A stretch of 64,000 nt of DNA from an uncultured Gammaproteobacteria bacterium (GCA_964588165.1 CAZPMS010000001.1:91303-155302), one strand, 5' to 3'; positions 37,179 to 47,195 are shown, numbered from the stretch's first letter. Notes: generated from the letters alone by a model not told the origin. Numbers and translations are program-made.

Positions 37179-39755
37179 CTATTTTATAATATTATACATT
37201 TTCTCTTTAAATTCATTTTCATTCTCACTATTATAGAATGGTAAACCTATAATTTTATATTTTTTTGTTTTTGAAAAATTTGTAATTTTATCTTTAAATT
37301 TTTCCTTTATACTTTCCAAAAACTCACTTTTCCATTTATCATGCTCTAATAAATGTGCTCCTTTTGGTTCTAAAAATAATTGATAAGTTAGTTGGTTATC
37401 TTCCTTATCTACTAAAAACATCAAATAATCTGGTTCAAAAACACGACCATCTGAAAAATGAAAAATTTTTAACTGTCTTTCATTCCTTACAACATAAATT
37501 TCTTTATACTTCTTTTTTAATTCATCAGATAATTTATCAATTAATTCAACAAAAGATTTTTCTTCACTAGTACCATAATTAGCGTTAAACACATACCAAT
37601 CTTTATCTTCTAAAAAATCTTCTTGGCCATCCGCCCGTGAACTATCTTTTTTTATTTTAATTTTTTTATCTAAAAATTTTTCTTTGATTGATTCAGGATA
37701 AAATTCTTCCGTACCTTGATATTCAGTTAAATTTGCTTTAATCTCTATTTTAATCTGTTCTAGTAATTCTAAAACTGCATTAAATTTTTGTTCGTTTGAT
37801 AATATATTTAAAACCTTCTTTTCACCTTCAAAAGATATACTTAAACCGTTCAGATATTCATCCTTTTGAATAAAATCATTAATTGTATTAAGTTTAGGAA
37901 AATATGTTTTAAGCGATGAAAAAGTAAAAAATTCGTTCTTGGCCAGCGCATTTTTTATAATATGCAGTTCAATATTTTTTAAATCAATATCCTTTTTTGA
38001 TTTTTTTATTGCTTTTTTTATTTCTTCTTTTCCATTAAATACAGTAGTTTCTCTACCTGTTCCGGAAAAAACATTAAATACAATATTTTTCTTTTTTACG
38101 CCTAAATCCTCAATTGATTTAATTTTGTCATAACTACTTTTTATCTTTTTATTAGCATAAACCACGCCAGTTTTATAAAAGCTGGTTTTTTTAAAATTAT
38201 TTTTTAATTTTAAATCAAACTCCATCTGGTTATCATCCATCATCCCTTCTTCAATTAAAGCAGTCTTAATTTCATTAATATAACGTGATTCATCATGGCT
38301 ATGATAATGAAGTTCTTCTAAAATTCTTAATTCATTATCAGTATCCTTGTCATATTTTCTTTTATACCTATCGTCAGTTTCATTAATTTTAAAAGGAGAA
38401 TAACGAGCTCCACGACCAATTAACTGTGCCTCGGAAATAGTAGTACTACCAGGACGATTACTTTTACTATCCCTTGACTCGTAAAGCCTTACAATATCAA
38501 ATAAATTTAATACATCCCAGCCCTCATTAAGTTTTTGTACTGCAAAAATTGCCCTAATTTTATTATCCTTGTCTTCTAAGCTATTTAACAAAAGTTGATA
38601 TTCTGACTTTTCTTTTTCTTCATTAACGCTCAAACACTTATTCTCTGCAAAATTATCCTTTAATTTCTTTACTAAAATTGCATCCGTAATTTTTCTATTT
38701 TTAAAAAATTCAAAAGCTTTCTGTATTATATCAACATCACTTTTTTTACGAATACTATTAATATCCTTAACTTTTAAATTTTCTATTATTTCATGAAATA
38801 ATTTTTTGTTTGCCTCTGATTGAGCAATTTTCTGCTGTGCCTTAAATAAAATAACAGGTTTTAAATTTATACCATTTTTACCGGCCACTTCTTGACGATA
38901 TTGGCTCAAAATTATTGCTTGAATAATTCTCTCTCTTTTATCTGTATCTGTATGTAAAAGTTCAACATCTTTAGAAAAACCATCATTTCTAAATTCTTTT
39001 AAATCATACTTATAAATTATTTTGTTTGTATATTTATCCTTTAAACTTTTTGGTGCATTTTGTAAAAGCGTAGCGGTAAATTCTAAAAGCAAATTTTTAT
39101 CATTTTGCTTAAAAATCTTCTCTACTGTATTCTCCCAGTTTGGTATTTGATATATTTCATCCTGGCCATTTTTTGTTTGAACTTGACCATGATGTGCTTC
39201 ATCTGCAAGTAAAACAATTTTTTTATCTTTAAAATCTTCTAAGGTTATCGAATTCTCTTTTTCGTTATATAAATCGCCATGTAATTTCTGAATTGTAGTA
39301 AAACAAATATTTATGTCCTTATTACTTACACCTTCAAAATTATTAACTTCTTTTATTTGTACTTGTTTGGTTCCAAAATTAATACTTTTATTAAATAAAT
39401 ATTTATTAGATAAATTATTTAAAAAATTATCTTTGGTTTTTTTAATTATATTAGTAGAATTAACAAAAAATAAAAAATTCCGATAACCTTGTTCATAGAG
39501 GTACAAAATCAATCCAGTCATAATTAACGTTTTACCCGAACCGGTGGCCATGTTAAAAAGAAAATGTAATGGATATTCTTTATTTTCGTATTCACTATTA
39601 TAGCAATGTAAAAATCGACCAAAAGCCTCTTTTTGATACTCTCGCAATTCAAATGCTGGATTTAAATTTTCCACCACAAAATTCGGAACTTCTGGCCATT
39701 GCATTCCTATCCCTTTAGCACCGTCTAATTGTTCATAAAGAAATTGTTGAGGCAT
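37179..39755 (-). CDS. res: Type III restriction endonuclease Res subunit
   Basis: 'LREYQ', 'MATGSGKT', 'DEAH', 'EGWDV', 'QLIGRGAR', C-terminal 'PDY...LEPKG' nuclease. Confidence 0.93.
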   Translation of the reverse strand: MPQQFLYEQLDGAKGIGMQWPEVPNFVVENLNPAFELREYQKEAFGRFLHCYNSEYENKEYPLHFLFNMATGSGKTLIMTGLILYLYEQGYRNFLFFVNSTNIIKKTKDNFLNNLSNKYLFNKSINFGTKQVQIKEVNNFEGVSNKDINICFTTIQKLHGDLYNEKENSITLEDFKDKKIVLLADEAHHGQVQTKNGQDEIYQIPNWENTVEKIFKQNDKNLLLEFTATLLQNAPKSLKDKYTNKIIYKYDLKEFRNDGFSKDVELLHTDTDKRERIIQAIILSQYRQEVAGKNGINLKPVILFKAQQKIAQSEANKKLFHEIIENLKVKDINSIRKKSDVDIIQKAFEFFKNRKITDAILVKKLKDNFAENKCLSVNEEKEKSEYQLLLNSLEDKDNKIRAIFAVQKLNEGWDVLNLFDIVRLYESRDSKSNRPGSTTISEAQLIGRGARYSPFKINETDDRYKRKYDKDTDNELRILEELHYHSHDESRYINEIKTALIEEGMMDDNQMEFDLKLKNNFKKTSFYKTGVVYANKKIKSSYDKIKSIEDLGVKKKNIVFNVFSGTGRETTVFNGKEEIKKAIKKSKKDIDLKNIELHIIKNALAKNEFFTFSSLKTYFPKLNTINDFIQKDEYLNGLSISFEGEKKVLNILSNEQKFNAVLELLEQIKIEIKANLTEYQGTEEFYPESIKEKFLDKKIKIKKDSSRADGQEDFLEDKDWYVFNANYGTSEEKSFVELIDKLSDELKKKYKEIYVVRNERQLKIFHFSDGRVFEPDYLMFLVDKEDNQLTYQLFLEPKGAHLLEHDKWKSEFLESIKEKFKDKITNFSKTKKYKIIGLPFYNSENENEFKEKMYNIIK

Positions 39756-39768
39756 ATTTTATTTCTAA

Positions 39769-40581
39769 CTATACAATATTAATTTGTTCTTTTTTTACAA
39801 CTATTGAACCAGTATTTTTAATCAATTTATTAACAGATAAAATTTTTTCTTTAAATTCATTTGAATCCATTCTTGAGCACTGCTGACAATCCTTACTCCA
39901 TTTTATAATTATTAATTTTGCAGAACCTTTTATAATCTCGTATAAATCCTCTGGGGATAAAAAATTGACTTTAAAATTAGTTACCTTTTCGAGCTTCCTT
40001 GATTTATTATCAAGAATAGAATCGGCGATAGAAACATCTTTGCTTACTGAAAAAAAATGAGTTAAGGCATTTCTTAATTTTTGTAAATTATCCGCCGTAA
40101 TTCTGTCTGATCTTTTTTTATTTTTCTTAACCCAATCATTTTTTTCATTTAAACAATAACCTTGTAAAAAAGATTTAATTTTTTTATTCTTCATTGCTAG
40201 TTTTCTTATTTCTTTCTCATTAAAAATTTTATTTTCATACGCGATACTTAAACAACGTAATGTTTCTAAATAGGCAAATAAAATTATAAATTTGGAACGA
40301 ACAGGTTGATTTATTTTAAATTTATCGACAATTGTGTCAGGATGTTCTGATAGAGTAAATTTAAAATCAATTAAATTATCTTTTAATTTTTTAGCGAGTA
40401 CTCTCGTAAGTTCAGCCGTCTCTTGGTATTGTTTTCTTATTGATTCTAATTTTTTATCAAAACCCAAAAAACTATCTATTTCCTTTTCAATTTCTTGTAA
40501 AAAATCAACAATCAAGCTTAAATCAGGTGAGATTACTATTTTACTTCCATCAAAAATAAAATGAGTACTAGTATTTTCCAT
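39769..40581 (-). CDS. Putative HEPN-like protein within the RM operon
   Basis: Helical-looking; 'FAYLETL' upstream Glu and 'LQKLRNALTHFF' RxxxxH; overlaps the mod stop. Confidence 0.55.
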   Translation of the reverse strand: MENTSTHFIFDGSKIVISPDLSLIVDFLQEIEKEIDSFLGFDKKLESIRKQYQETAELTRVLAKKLKDNLIDFKFTLSEHPDTIVDKFKINQPVRSKFIILFAYLETLRCLSIAYENKIFNEKEIRKLAMKNKKIKSFLQGYCLNEKNDWVKKNKKRSDRITADNLQKLRNALTHFFSVSKDVSIADSILDNKSRKLEKVTNFKVNFLSPEDLYEIIKGSAKLIIIKWSKDCQQCSRMDSNEFKEKILSVNKLIKNTGSIVVKKEQINIV

Positions 40582-42505
40582 AAAACTCCTCATTCATCTT
40601 TTTGTCCTCATTATTAACCTTAAATCTCTTATCATCAATCTCACTCAAATTCACATAGAGCTGATTTTTATTGAGTAGCTCAAAAAGTGCTTGTTGCTGT
40701 TTAGATAAAGAAAGTTTTTTAAACTCATTAATAGTCTCATCAAATTTTTTAATATCTACATTATAATTCAAGAAACTTTTTTCTTTCACTTCTTCCCAAA
40801 TTTTCAAAAGTTGATTAGTATTTTTAGCTTTTTTAATTTTCTCCACAAATTGCTCGTTGTATTGCATTAATTCACAATAAACAAAATCGCCACCACCCTT
40901 CCATTCAACTACTTTAGAAATACCACCCTGCTCACCTTTAACAACTTTTTTTAATCTTTCAACTGTAACTTTCTCAATATATTCCATCTGTTCACATAAA
41001 ATAAATTGTCTCTTCATTTTCATAGCGACAGCCCCGGTTGTTCCACTTCCAATAAAAAAATCTAAAACAATATCGCCCTCTCGTGTTGACATTTCAATTA
41101 TTCTACTCAACGTTTCTTCCGGTTTTGGATTATTAAAAACTTTATCTTTAAACAACTCTTTAAGTTGCAAGGTTCCTCTTTCTGAATTTACCTCTTTATC
41201 CCACCACACTGATCGAGCCATCCTAGTTTTTTCTCGATATTTTTCAACAATCTGGTAACGTCCATTTTCTTTCATTGCCTTGCCACAAATATTTATATTA
41301 AGATTTTGTTTTGCCTTTTCCTTCCCCCATCTCCAAACAGTTTGTACATCTTGAGACTTAGCGGGTTTTACTTCTATCCATCCCTTTTTATTATTAAGCG
41401 ATATTTCATAAAATCCATTTTCATCTGTATTTTTTGGATTTAAGAAAAAAGAATAAAATAAATTTGGACGATTTTTATCATTAAATAGAATATTTCTGTT
41501 TCTTAACTCTCTGGTTTCAAATTCACCTTTTCTATCTTTAAATGGAAACTCTTTATTTTCGTCCAATAGATCAAATAAAGTATAATTCGCATTCTTTGAA
41601 TATATATTGATAAACTCATGCATGTTCGCAACTCCGCCATAATCCCTTCCCCTTGGATTATTAACAACAGTTATAACTTCAATAAAATTATCCCTATTAA
41701 AAATCTCATCCATTAAAATTTTTAAATATGCCTGTTCATTATCATCACAATGTACAAAAATTACTCCATCATCCCTCAATAACTCCTTTGCTACTTCCAA
41801 CCTATTTTTCATAAAAGTAAGCCAAGTTGAATGATTAAAACTATCATTATAACCAAAACTATCATTTCCAGTATTATAGGGCGGATCAATATAAATAAGT
41901 TTTACTTTCCCTTGAAATTGTTCTTTAAGAGAATGTAAAGCTAAAAGATTATTACCTTTAATAATTAAATTTTCCTTAATAGTTCCATCTTTACCTCTTT
42001 TTAATTCCTTAACTTTTTCTTCACCCTTTTTTGTATAACGTTTCCAATTAGTTAAAACTTTGGGTTCTTTTAAGCGATCAATTTCATCTTGGGCTAAAAT
42101 TTTATTAAAAAATATTTCTTTTCGATTTTCATCCTCTTTTGTCATACCGCCTTCCAAAACACAATCCTTAAAAGGCCAAGCTAAAGATACCTCTTTGCGT
42201 TCATTTAAAAACTTGCCATCAATATTCAATCCAATCTTATTTTTATATTGAGTATAGGAATCTGCTAAAAAATTCTTATCCTGAATATAAGCGACAAAAT
42301 CATTTATATTAAAAATCCAGTGCTTTTTAATTTCACTGAAAAATTTCTTTTTAATTTCACTATCTCCAATTAAAAGCTCAATGAGTTTCTTATCAACCTT
42401 ATAGGCTTTGTCAATTACTTCACTTTTTAGTAATTCCTTCTCTTTATCAACAAAGCGAGAGTCTTTTTTTAGTTGTTTTTCTAATTTATTGTAAAATTTA
42501 TCCAT
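40568..42505 (-). CDS. mod: Type III DNA adenine methyltransferase Mod
   Basis: 'IYIDPPYNTG', 'NPKPE', 'VLDFFIGSGTTGAVA' (beta-class order). Confidence 0.94.
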   Translation of the reverse strand: MDKFYNKLEKQLKKDSRFVDKEKELLKSEVIDKAYKVDKKLIELLIGDSEIKKKFFSEIKKHWIFNINDFVAYIQDKNFLADSYTQYKNKIGLNIDGKFLNERKEVSLAWPFKDCVLEGGMTKEDENRKEIFFNKILAQDEIDRLKEPKVLTNWKRYTKKGEEKVKELKRGKDGTIKENLIIKGNNLLALHSLKEQFQGKVKLIYIDPPYNTGNDSFGYNDSFNHSTWLTFMKNRLEVAKELLRDDGVIFVHCDDNEQAYLKILMDEIFNRDNFIEVITVVNNPRGRDYGGVANMHEFINIYSKNANYTLFDLLDENKEFPFKDRKGEFETRELRNRNILFNDKNRPNLFYSFFLNPKNTDENGFYEISLNNKKGWIEVKPAKSQDVQTVWRWGKEKAKQNLNINICGKAMKENGRYQIVEKYREKTRMARSVWWDKEVNSERGTLQLKELFKDKVFNNPKPEETLSRIIEMSTREGDIVLDFFIGSGTTGAVAMKMKRQFILCEQMEYIEKVTVERLKKVVKGEQGGISKVVEWKGGGDFVYCELMQYNEQFVEKIKKAKNTNQLLKIWEEVKEKSFLNYNVDIKKFDETINEFKKLSLSKQQQALFELLNKNQLYVNLSEIDDKRFKVNNEDKKMNEEFYGKY

Positions 42506-42644
42506 ATTTTTAAGTTAATTTATTAAATAAATCTTACCTTTTTTTAGCCTAAAAATCAATTCAAGAAAAATAAAAAATAGAGCTAAAATTGACCCTATTT
42601 TTATATAATAATTCTTTACTCAAACCACGCCTCTCCGGCGGCTT

Positions 42645-43244
42645 TTAATTAAACAGCACAGGTACCTCTAATTGATCATCATTTTCCCTTAAATCAGAAG
42701 GGTTATCTTTTACCAAAATAAACGTACCCTGTTTAAATCCTGGGGGAACTTTAAATTCCAACTCCCCCACAAAATTTACAAAATTTTCAGTCATCCAATC
42801 ACTTTGAGCAGTAGCATAGCCTTCGGCAATTACTTCATCCCCTACCATCAGCAAAACCGGAAAGTCCGCTTCAAAAAACCAAGTGCCTACAGCCTGTCCG
42901 GAGATGACTAATGGACTGGATATTTTAGTGTTAGGACGCGGAGTATCAATTCTTATTAAATCAGTTTTCTCTAACTCATTACCAATATCTTCCACAAAAG
43001 TTACATCCCCTGCCCTACACTGCCTAGGATAACTTTCCATAACAGCGTTGCCTTGATCTGCGCATTCCCAAAAATTGGAAACTTGCTGGCCACATGGTTC
43101 AGTGGGCATAGGAGCTGAAGGTACGCCGTGTTTAACCCAACCCTCTTCTGTACACAGCCAAGTATCTTCTGAACCTCTTAAAACAAAAAGGATGAACAAA
43201 AATGCCACCGCAACTATTAAAAATGTTAGGATTTTTTTAAACAT
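42645..43244 (-). CDS. Gmad2-like Ig-domain membrane-anchored protein
   Basis: 'ESYPRQC' motif then 'PLVISGQAVGTWFFEADFPV...WMTENFV.F...KDNPS'. Confidence 0.8.
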   Translation of the reverse strand: MFKKILTFLIVAVAFLFILFVLRGSEDTWLCTEEGWVKHGVPSAPMPTEPCGQQVSNFWECADQGNAVMESYPRQCRAGDVTFVEDIGNELEKTDLIRIDTPRPNTKISSPLVISGQAVGTWFFEADFPVLLMVGDEVIAEGYATAQSDWMTENFVNFVGELEFKVPPGFKQGTFILVKDNPSDLRENDDQLEVPVLFN

Positions 43245-43285
43245 AAAATTAACTTTAAATATATTAAAACCATAACATCTATAAC

Positions 43286-43313
43286 GTAACGACGCAAGAT
43301 TTTGCGTCGCTAC
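43286..43313. repeat. Palindrome family C
   Basis: GTAACGACGCAAGATTTTGCGTCGCTAC. Confidence 0.75.
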
Positions 43314-43352
43314 AGGCCAAATTTTAAATCCCCTCCTTAAACGGATAAAGAG

Positions 43353-43414
43353 AAAAAGCCTTACCCTGTACGAACGCGCCTCGGCGCGTTCCTACGAAAT
43401 GGGCAAGGCTTTTT
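43353..43414. repeat. REP-like palindrome family A
   Basis: AAAAAGCCTTACCCTGTACGAACGCGCCTCGGCGCGTTCCTACGAAATGGGCAAGGCTTTTT. Confidence 0.85.
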
Positions 43415-43502
43415 CTACTAATATTGACAAAAGAATTAAAACTATCTAAGATAATCTTGCACTTTTTAAAAAAGTCAGATTAACCAACAAGGAGGCTGAA
43501 AA

Positions 43503-43706
43503 ATGCCGCAGAAATATTATGAACGCGAAAATGCTTCGGAAGTAGTACGACACGATGATGAAACTTGCCCCCAATGCGATGCCGAGGGATTGGTTTATTA
43601 CAAATGGAGCGGTTGAGGCGTTAACTATTGGCGCAGTTGCGCCAATCCCAAATGTAATTATGATGTAAGGGTTGACCAAGGTCAATCTGGAAAATGCAAT
43701 GCCTAA
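43503..43706 (+). pseudogene. Zinc-ribbon mini-protein with in-frame TGA (pseudogene or read-through)
   Basis: SD AAGGAGG; MPQKYYERENASEVVRHDDETCPQCDAEGLVYYKWSG*GVNYWRSCANPKCNYDVRVDQGQSGKCNA; TGA at 43614-43616. Confidence 0.6.
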
Positions 43707-43827
43707 GGCAACCTGCCAAGGAACCTATCAATATGGTTCCTTTTTATTTTCAAAAAGAATAATAAAAACCGCTGTTAAAAAACAACGGTTGATGAAAATT
43801 GCACTACGAATGTCTAGCTGACATGGG

Positions 43828-44277
43828 TTAACGTTTATAAGGAATAACTGGAACAATCCAATTTGCGTCATCCCAGGCTCTACGACGATCTCTTTCTCCG
43901 CCAGTTCGATAATCAAAAATTTTCACTTCTTTCAAACTGCCGTCAGGTTGAACTTCCAAGTATACAATGAAATAATCATTATCCTCTGGATACAAATCGT
44001 CATCCTCCTCATACTTTTCCTTGAAAATTGTTCCAAGAATAATAAGCCTTGTACCAGGCTCAATATCTTGTACAATCTTCTTTCTCAGGGCATCTGAGCC
44101 CATCAAAAGTTTTATTTCTGGCTTCATAATTGGCCGATATCCTTCAGATTCAATCAACTCTCTGATTTGGTCAGTATCAGCTTCCAAGTCAGCCGGTAAA
44201 GTAAAAGCTGATACCGGAACATTGTCTGTCTTGAAAAAATCCATGACAGCCAAATCTTCTCTAGGCCAGCCACTCAT
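43828..44277 (-). CDS. Orphan hypothetical protein (cassette)
   Basis: SD GGGG before MSGWPRE; TTGACA at 44376-44371. Confidence 0.65.
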   Translation of the reverse strand: MSGWPREDLAVMDFFKTDNVPVSAFTLPADLEADTDQIRELIESEGYRPIMKPEIKLLMGSDALRKKIVQDIEPGTRLIILGTIFKEKYEEDDDLYPEDNDYFIVYLEVQPDGSLKEVKIFDYRTGGERDRRRAWDDANWIVPVIPYKR

Positions 44278-44385
44278 TTGTATCCCCACTTTTTGTGAAA
44301 AGAAAAATACCGTCTCAAATGAACGTTTCAAACGAACGTTTCAAATCAAATTATCATAAATAGTTCACTGTGTCAAGAATAATCC

Positions 44386-44448
44386 AAAAAACCTTGCCCT
44401 GTACGAACGCGCCTCGGCGCGTTCCTACGAAATGGGCAAGGTTTTTTT
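44386..44448. repeat. REP-like palindrome family A
   Basis: Core identical to the 43353-43414 copy. Confidence 0.85.
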
Positions 44449-44545
44449 ATTTGACCCACCAAATTGGCGGGTTGACAAAAAGTTATTTATTTGATATGAT
44501 ATTTTATAAAAAATTTTTACATAGTAAAAAAGCATGGGGGTAAAA

Positions 44546-44728
44546 ATGGCTGAAATTCCGGTGGTTGTTCAGTGGATCATTGGCGGCGGAGTAGCTGCGT
44601 TGGTAGTTTATGCTTTCATTTTCCTCGTAAAGTTTGCGCGCCGTCCGCAAGAACTGGCCAAGCCAGACAACAAAGGCGCAATCGCCCGCCAGCTTGACCA
44701 ATTGGGCAAAAAAAGGCCGGCTAACTAG
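44546..44728 (+). CDS. Orphan single-TM small protein (cassette)
   Basis: TTGACA at 44472, SD GGGGG, MAEIPVVVQWIIGGGVAALVVYAFIFLVKF. Confidence 0.65.
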   Translation: MAEIPVVVQWIIGGGVAALVVYAFIFLVKFARRPQELAKPDNKGAIARQLDQLGKKRPAN

Positions 44729-44775
44729 CCAACCTTTCAAATTCATATTTCCCGTTAAATTATTTTAACGGGATT

Positions 44776-45000
44776 TTATTTTTTTATACATTTTTTCTTA
44801 CAGCAACAACCGCCAGCACCTAAAATAATTAAGCCGGCTAAAACGGTAATGGCAATATTAGCCCATGATGGAGTCCACCACCAAACCAAGACAATAATCA
44901 AAGCTGCACAAATGGCTTTGCAAAAGCAAAAGCCTGCTTCTCCGCAACATTTCCCTTTTTTAGCCTCAACAGGTTGAGGTATGTTTGCTTGTTCGTCCAT
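44776..45000 (-). CDS. Small Cys-rich 2-TM protein, paralog of 36845-37075
   Basis: 'LIIVLVWWWTPSWANIAITVLAGL'. Confidence 0.75.
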   Translation of the reverse strand: MDEQANIPQPVEAKKGKCCGEAGFCFCKAICAALIIVLVWWWTPSWANIAITVLAGLIILGAGGCCCKKKCIKK

Positions 45001-45155
45001 AATATTTTGTTAAATTATTATGGTTTTATTGTAGCAAAAAAATTGCTTTATAACTAGGTAGATCTGCCTCATCGGCAGGTAGATTGACAAAAATCGTTAC
45101 TTTAACTAAAATCAATCAGTTCATTGTATCTTACATAAACCAGAGGAGGTAAAAA

Positions 45156-45434
45156 ATGCGGGTGCCAGCTATAGGTAAAAGCCGTACTCCCAGGACCAGA
45201 TATGTTGATTGTCCTCATTGTAAGGGCCAAGGTACTTGGTACGAAGACTGCCCAAAATGTCGGGGCGGAAAATCTGGCAGCCAACGCCGTAGTAGAGCAC
45301 TTCATGATTGTGAAACTTGCCAAGGCAGGGAAAAAATCTATTGCCGTTGTGACAGATGCAAAGGTAGTGGCCGGGTAAAACGAACCAGAAAAAGAGGACG
45401 TAGTCACGTTTCCAACAGCAACTGGGGTTGGTAA
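45156..45434 (+). CDS. Stand-alone DnaJ-type zinc-finger (CxxCxGxG repeat) basic protein
   Basis: CPHCKGQG, CPKCRGG, CETCQG, CDRCKGSG; SD GAGGAGG; terminator 45453-45480. Confidence 0.8.
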   Translation: MRVPAIGKSRTPRTRYVDCPHCKGQGTWYEDCPKCRGGKSGSQRRSRALHDCETCQGREKIYCRCDRCKGSGRVKRTRKRGRSHVSNSNWGW

Positions 45435-45491
45435 TTATCAATAAATTCCAAAGATTTGCTTCATAAGCAAATCTTTTTTTGTGGCAAATCT

Positions 45492-45620
45492 AAAAGCCTT
45501 ACACCTTTGCGTCATTCTGATGCTCTGCCGAAGAATCCCATTATTCCGGCAACGTTGCAAGCTCAATGGGATCCTTCGGTCGTTCCTCCCTCAGGATGAC
45601 AGCGGGGAGATATAAGGCTT
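45492..45620. repeat. REP-like family D (GTCATTCTGA...GAAGAATCCC / GGGATCCTTC...TCAGGATGAC) inside an AAAAGCCTTA...TAAGGCTT stem
   Basis: Long imperfect palindrome between convergent genes. Confidence 0.7.
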
Positions 45621-45639
45621 CTAAAAAATCTATAAATTT

Positions 45640-46311
45640 TTACTCAAACTCCAACAGTTCTACTTCAAAAATTAAAGTGGCGTTTGGTGGAATAACTTCT
45701 CCGGCTCCCTGTTCGCCATAAGCTAATGAAGGAGGAATAACCAATTTTCTTTTCTCACCAACTTTCATTCCAGTTAAACCTTGTTCCCATCCGGGAATAA
45801 CCTGTCCTTGCCCTAATGGGAAAGTAATTGGCTCACCACGTTCGTAGCTGGAATCAAACACCGTACCATCTTCTAGAGTACCTTCATAATCTACTGTTAA
45901 TAAATTACCGGGGGCTGCGCCTTCACCTTCGCCTTCTTCCAAAATTTCTATATTTACCTGGGCAATGGCAACTTCTGCGGGCTTCGCATTCACTTCATCC
46001 TTAAACTGCTCTATATTAATACCTTCTTTAAAAAAGTACTCGCCGTCTTTGGAAAGGTAAGAAACGGTCTCTTGGCCCGTGGAAAAAACAATATTCATCT
46101 CATAAATTCCGGGGGCTTCTTTTATTTCGCTTATGCTGGCCGGATTTTGCGGATCTATCAAATATTGGTTAATAAAAGACAAAGCCTTTGATTTTGCTTC
46201 TGCCGGCTCCAACACCTCCATCTTATTTCCATTTTTGTTGAAGAAATCGGTTAAACTACAGCCTGTTAGCCCAAAAATTATCACTATGGCTAATATTGCA
46301 AGTTTTTTCAT
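45640..46311 (-). CDS. Lipoprotein FKBP-type peptidyl-prolyl isomerase
   Basis: Lipobox 'LTGC'; '[16 protein letters not shown]', 'VIPGWEQG', 'IPPSLAYG', '[14 protein letters not shown]'. Confidence 0.93.
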   Translation of the reverse strand: MKKLAILAIVIIFGLTGCSLTDFFNKNGNKMEVLEPAEAKSKALSFINQYLIDPQNPASISEIKEAPGIYEMNIVFSTGQETVSYLSKDGEYFFKEGINIEQFKDEVNAKPAEVAIAQVNIEILEEGEGEGAAPGNLLTVDYEGTLEDGTVFDSSYERGEPITFPLGQGQVIPGWEQGLTGMKVGEKRKLVIPPSLAYGEQGAGEVIPPNATLIFEVELLEFE

Positions 46312-46468
46312 GGTTTTAAAATTATTAATTATTAGTTTGCTTATTTTATCACATTTTAAGAAATAAACAAAAAGCCTACAAGTTGACAAAAACGAGTTTG
46401 TATTTTAGACTACATTATTAAGACAGTACCTTTGAAAACCTCCTGTTAACCAAAATTGGGGTAAATTC

Positions 46469-46777
46469 ATGAGAAAAAAGCTTAGTCAGCATTCAGTCGA
46501 GTTGAGAATGCTAGCTGTTCAAGAAAGACAAAATCTTGTCAAAAAATATAGTGATAAACTATATTTGATCATATACAGGAGAAAGCTATATATCTGGCTG
46601 GCCATGGGATATATTTTGGCACTTCGGGAAGGCAAAACCATAAACCAAAAAGATATGAGAATCTTTGTTAAAAAATGTGCCGAAGAACAAACCGGCAAAT
46701 TATTTAATGAAGCCCTCTATAGCCAAGTGGCCAAAATGATGGATATCTGGCTAAACTTGTTTGTGCGGTCAAGATAA
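46469..46777 (+). CDS. Orphan hypothetical protein (cassette)
   Basis: TTGACA...TACATT, GTACCTTTGAAAA, SD GGGG, terminator 46788-46820. Confidence 0.65.
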   Translation: MRKKLSQHSVELRMLAVQERQNLVKKYSDKLYLIIYRRKLYIWLAMGYILALREGKTINQKDMRIFVKKCAEEQTGKLFNEALYSQVAKMMDIWLNLFVRSR

Positions 46778-46878
46778 ACTGGCACTCCAAACCATTGTCC
46801 CACTGGATAATGGTTTTTTATTTATGAAAAAAAGACGAGATTGATATCTCGTCTTGAATGTTTATGAGCTTACCGATG

Positions 46879-47195
46879 TTAGGCAAACATCTTTCTGAAT
46901 TCAGTCTGAATGGTCTGACGGATTTTGTCCTCCCCTACCCATGTTACAACCAACTGTGGAATTTGGCTGGTCATGAACACCTGGTCCTCGGTAACTGTGA
47001 TTTCACCGTTGATGTTAACGGGAATTAGCCCTTTTTAGCAACGAAAGAAAAACTCATTTCATTGCTTCTCCAGTTATGCTGAGGATTTTTGATTTTGACA
47101 CCGGGAAATGATCCTGTAAGCAATGAATTGATTTTTTGTGTTATCAAATTAATTGCTTCCTGCTGGCTTACTGGATTCTGTAAGGTAATCTGCAC
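46879..47195 (-). pseudogene. Frameshifted small protein (weak resemblance to 'polyhydroxyalkanoic acid system' family)
   Basis: GTG start after SD GGGGG; the frame stops at AKKG* but one extra A in the A5 run (47032-47036) continues as GLIPVNINGEITVTEDQVFMTSQIPQLVVTWVGEDKIRQTIQTEFRKMFA*. Confidence 0.6.
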
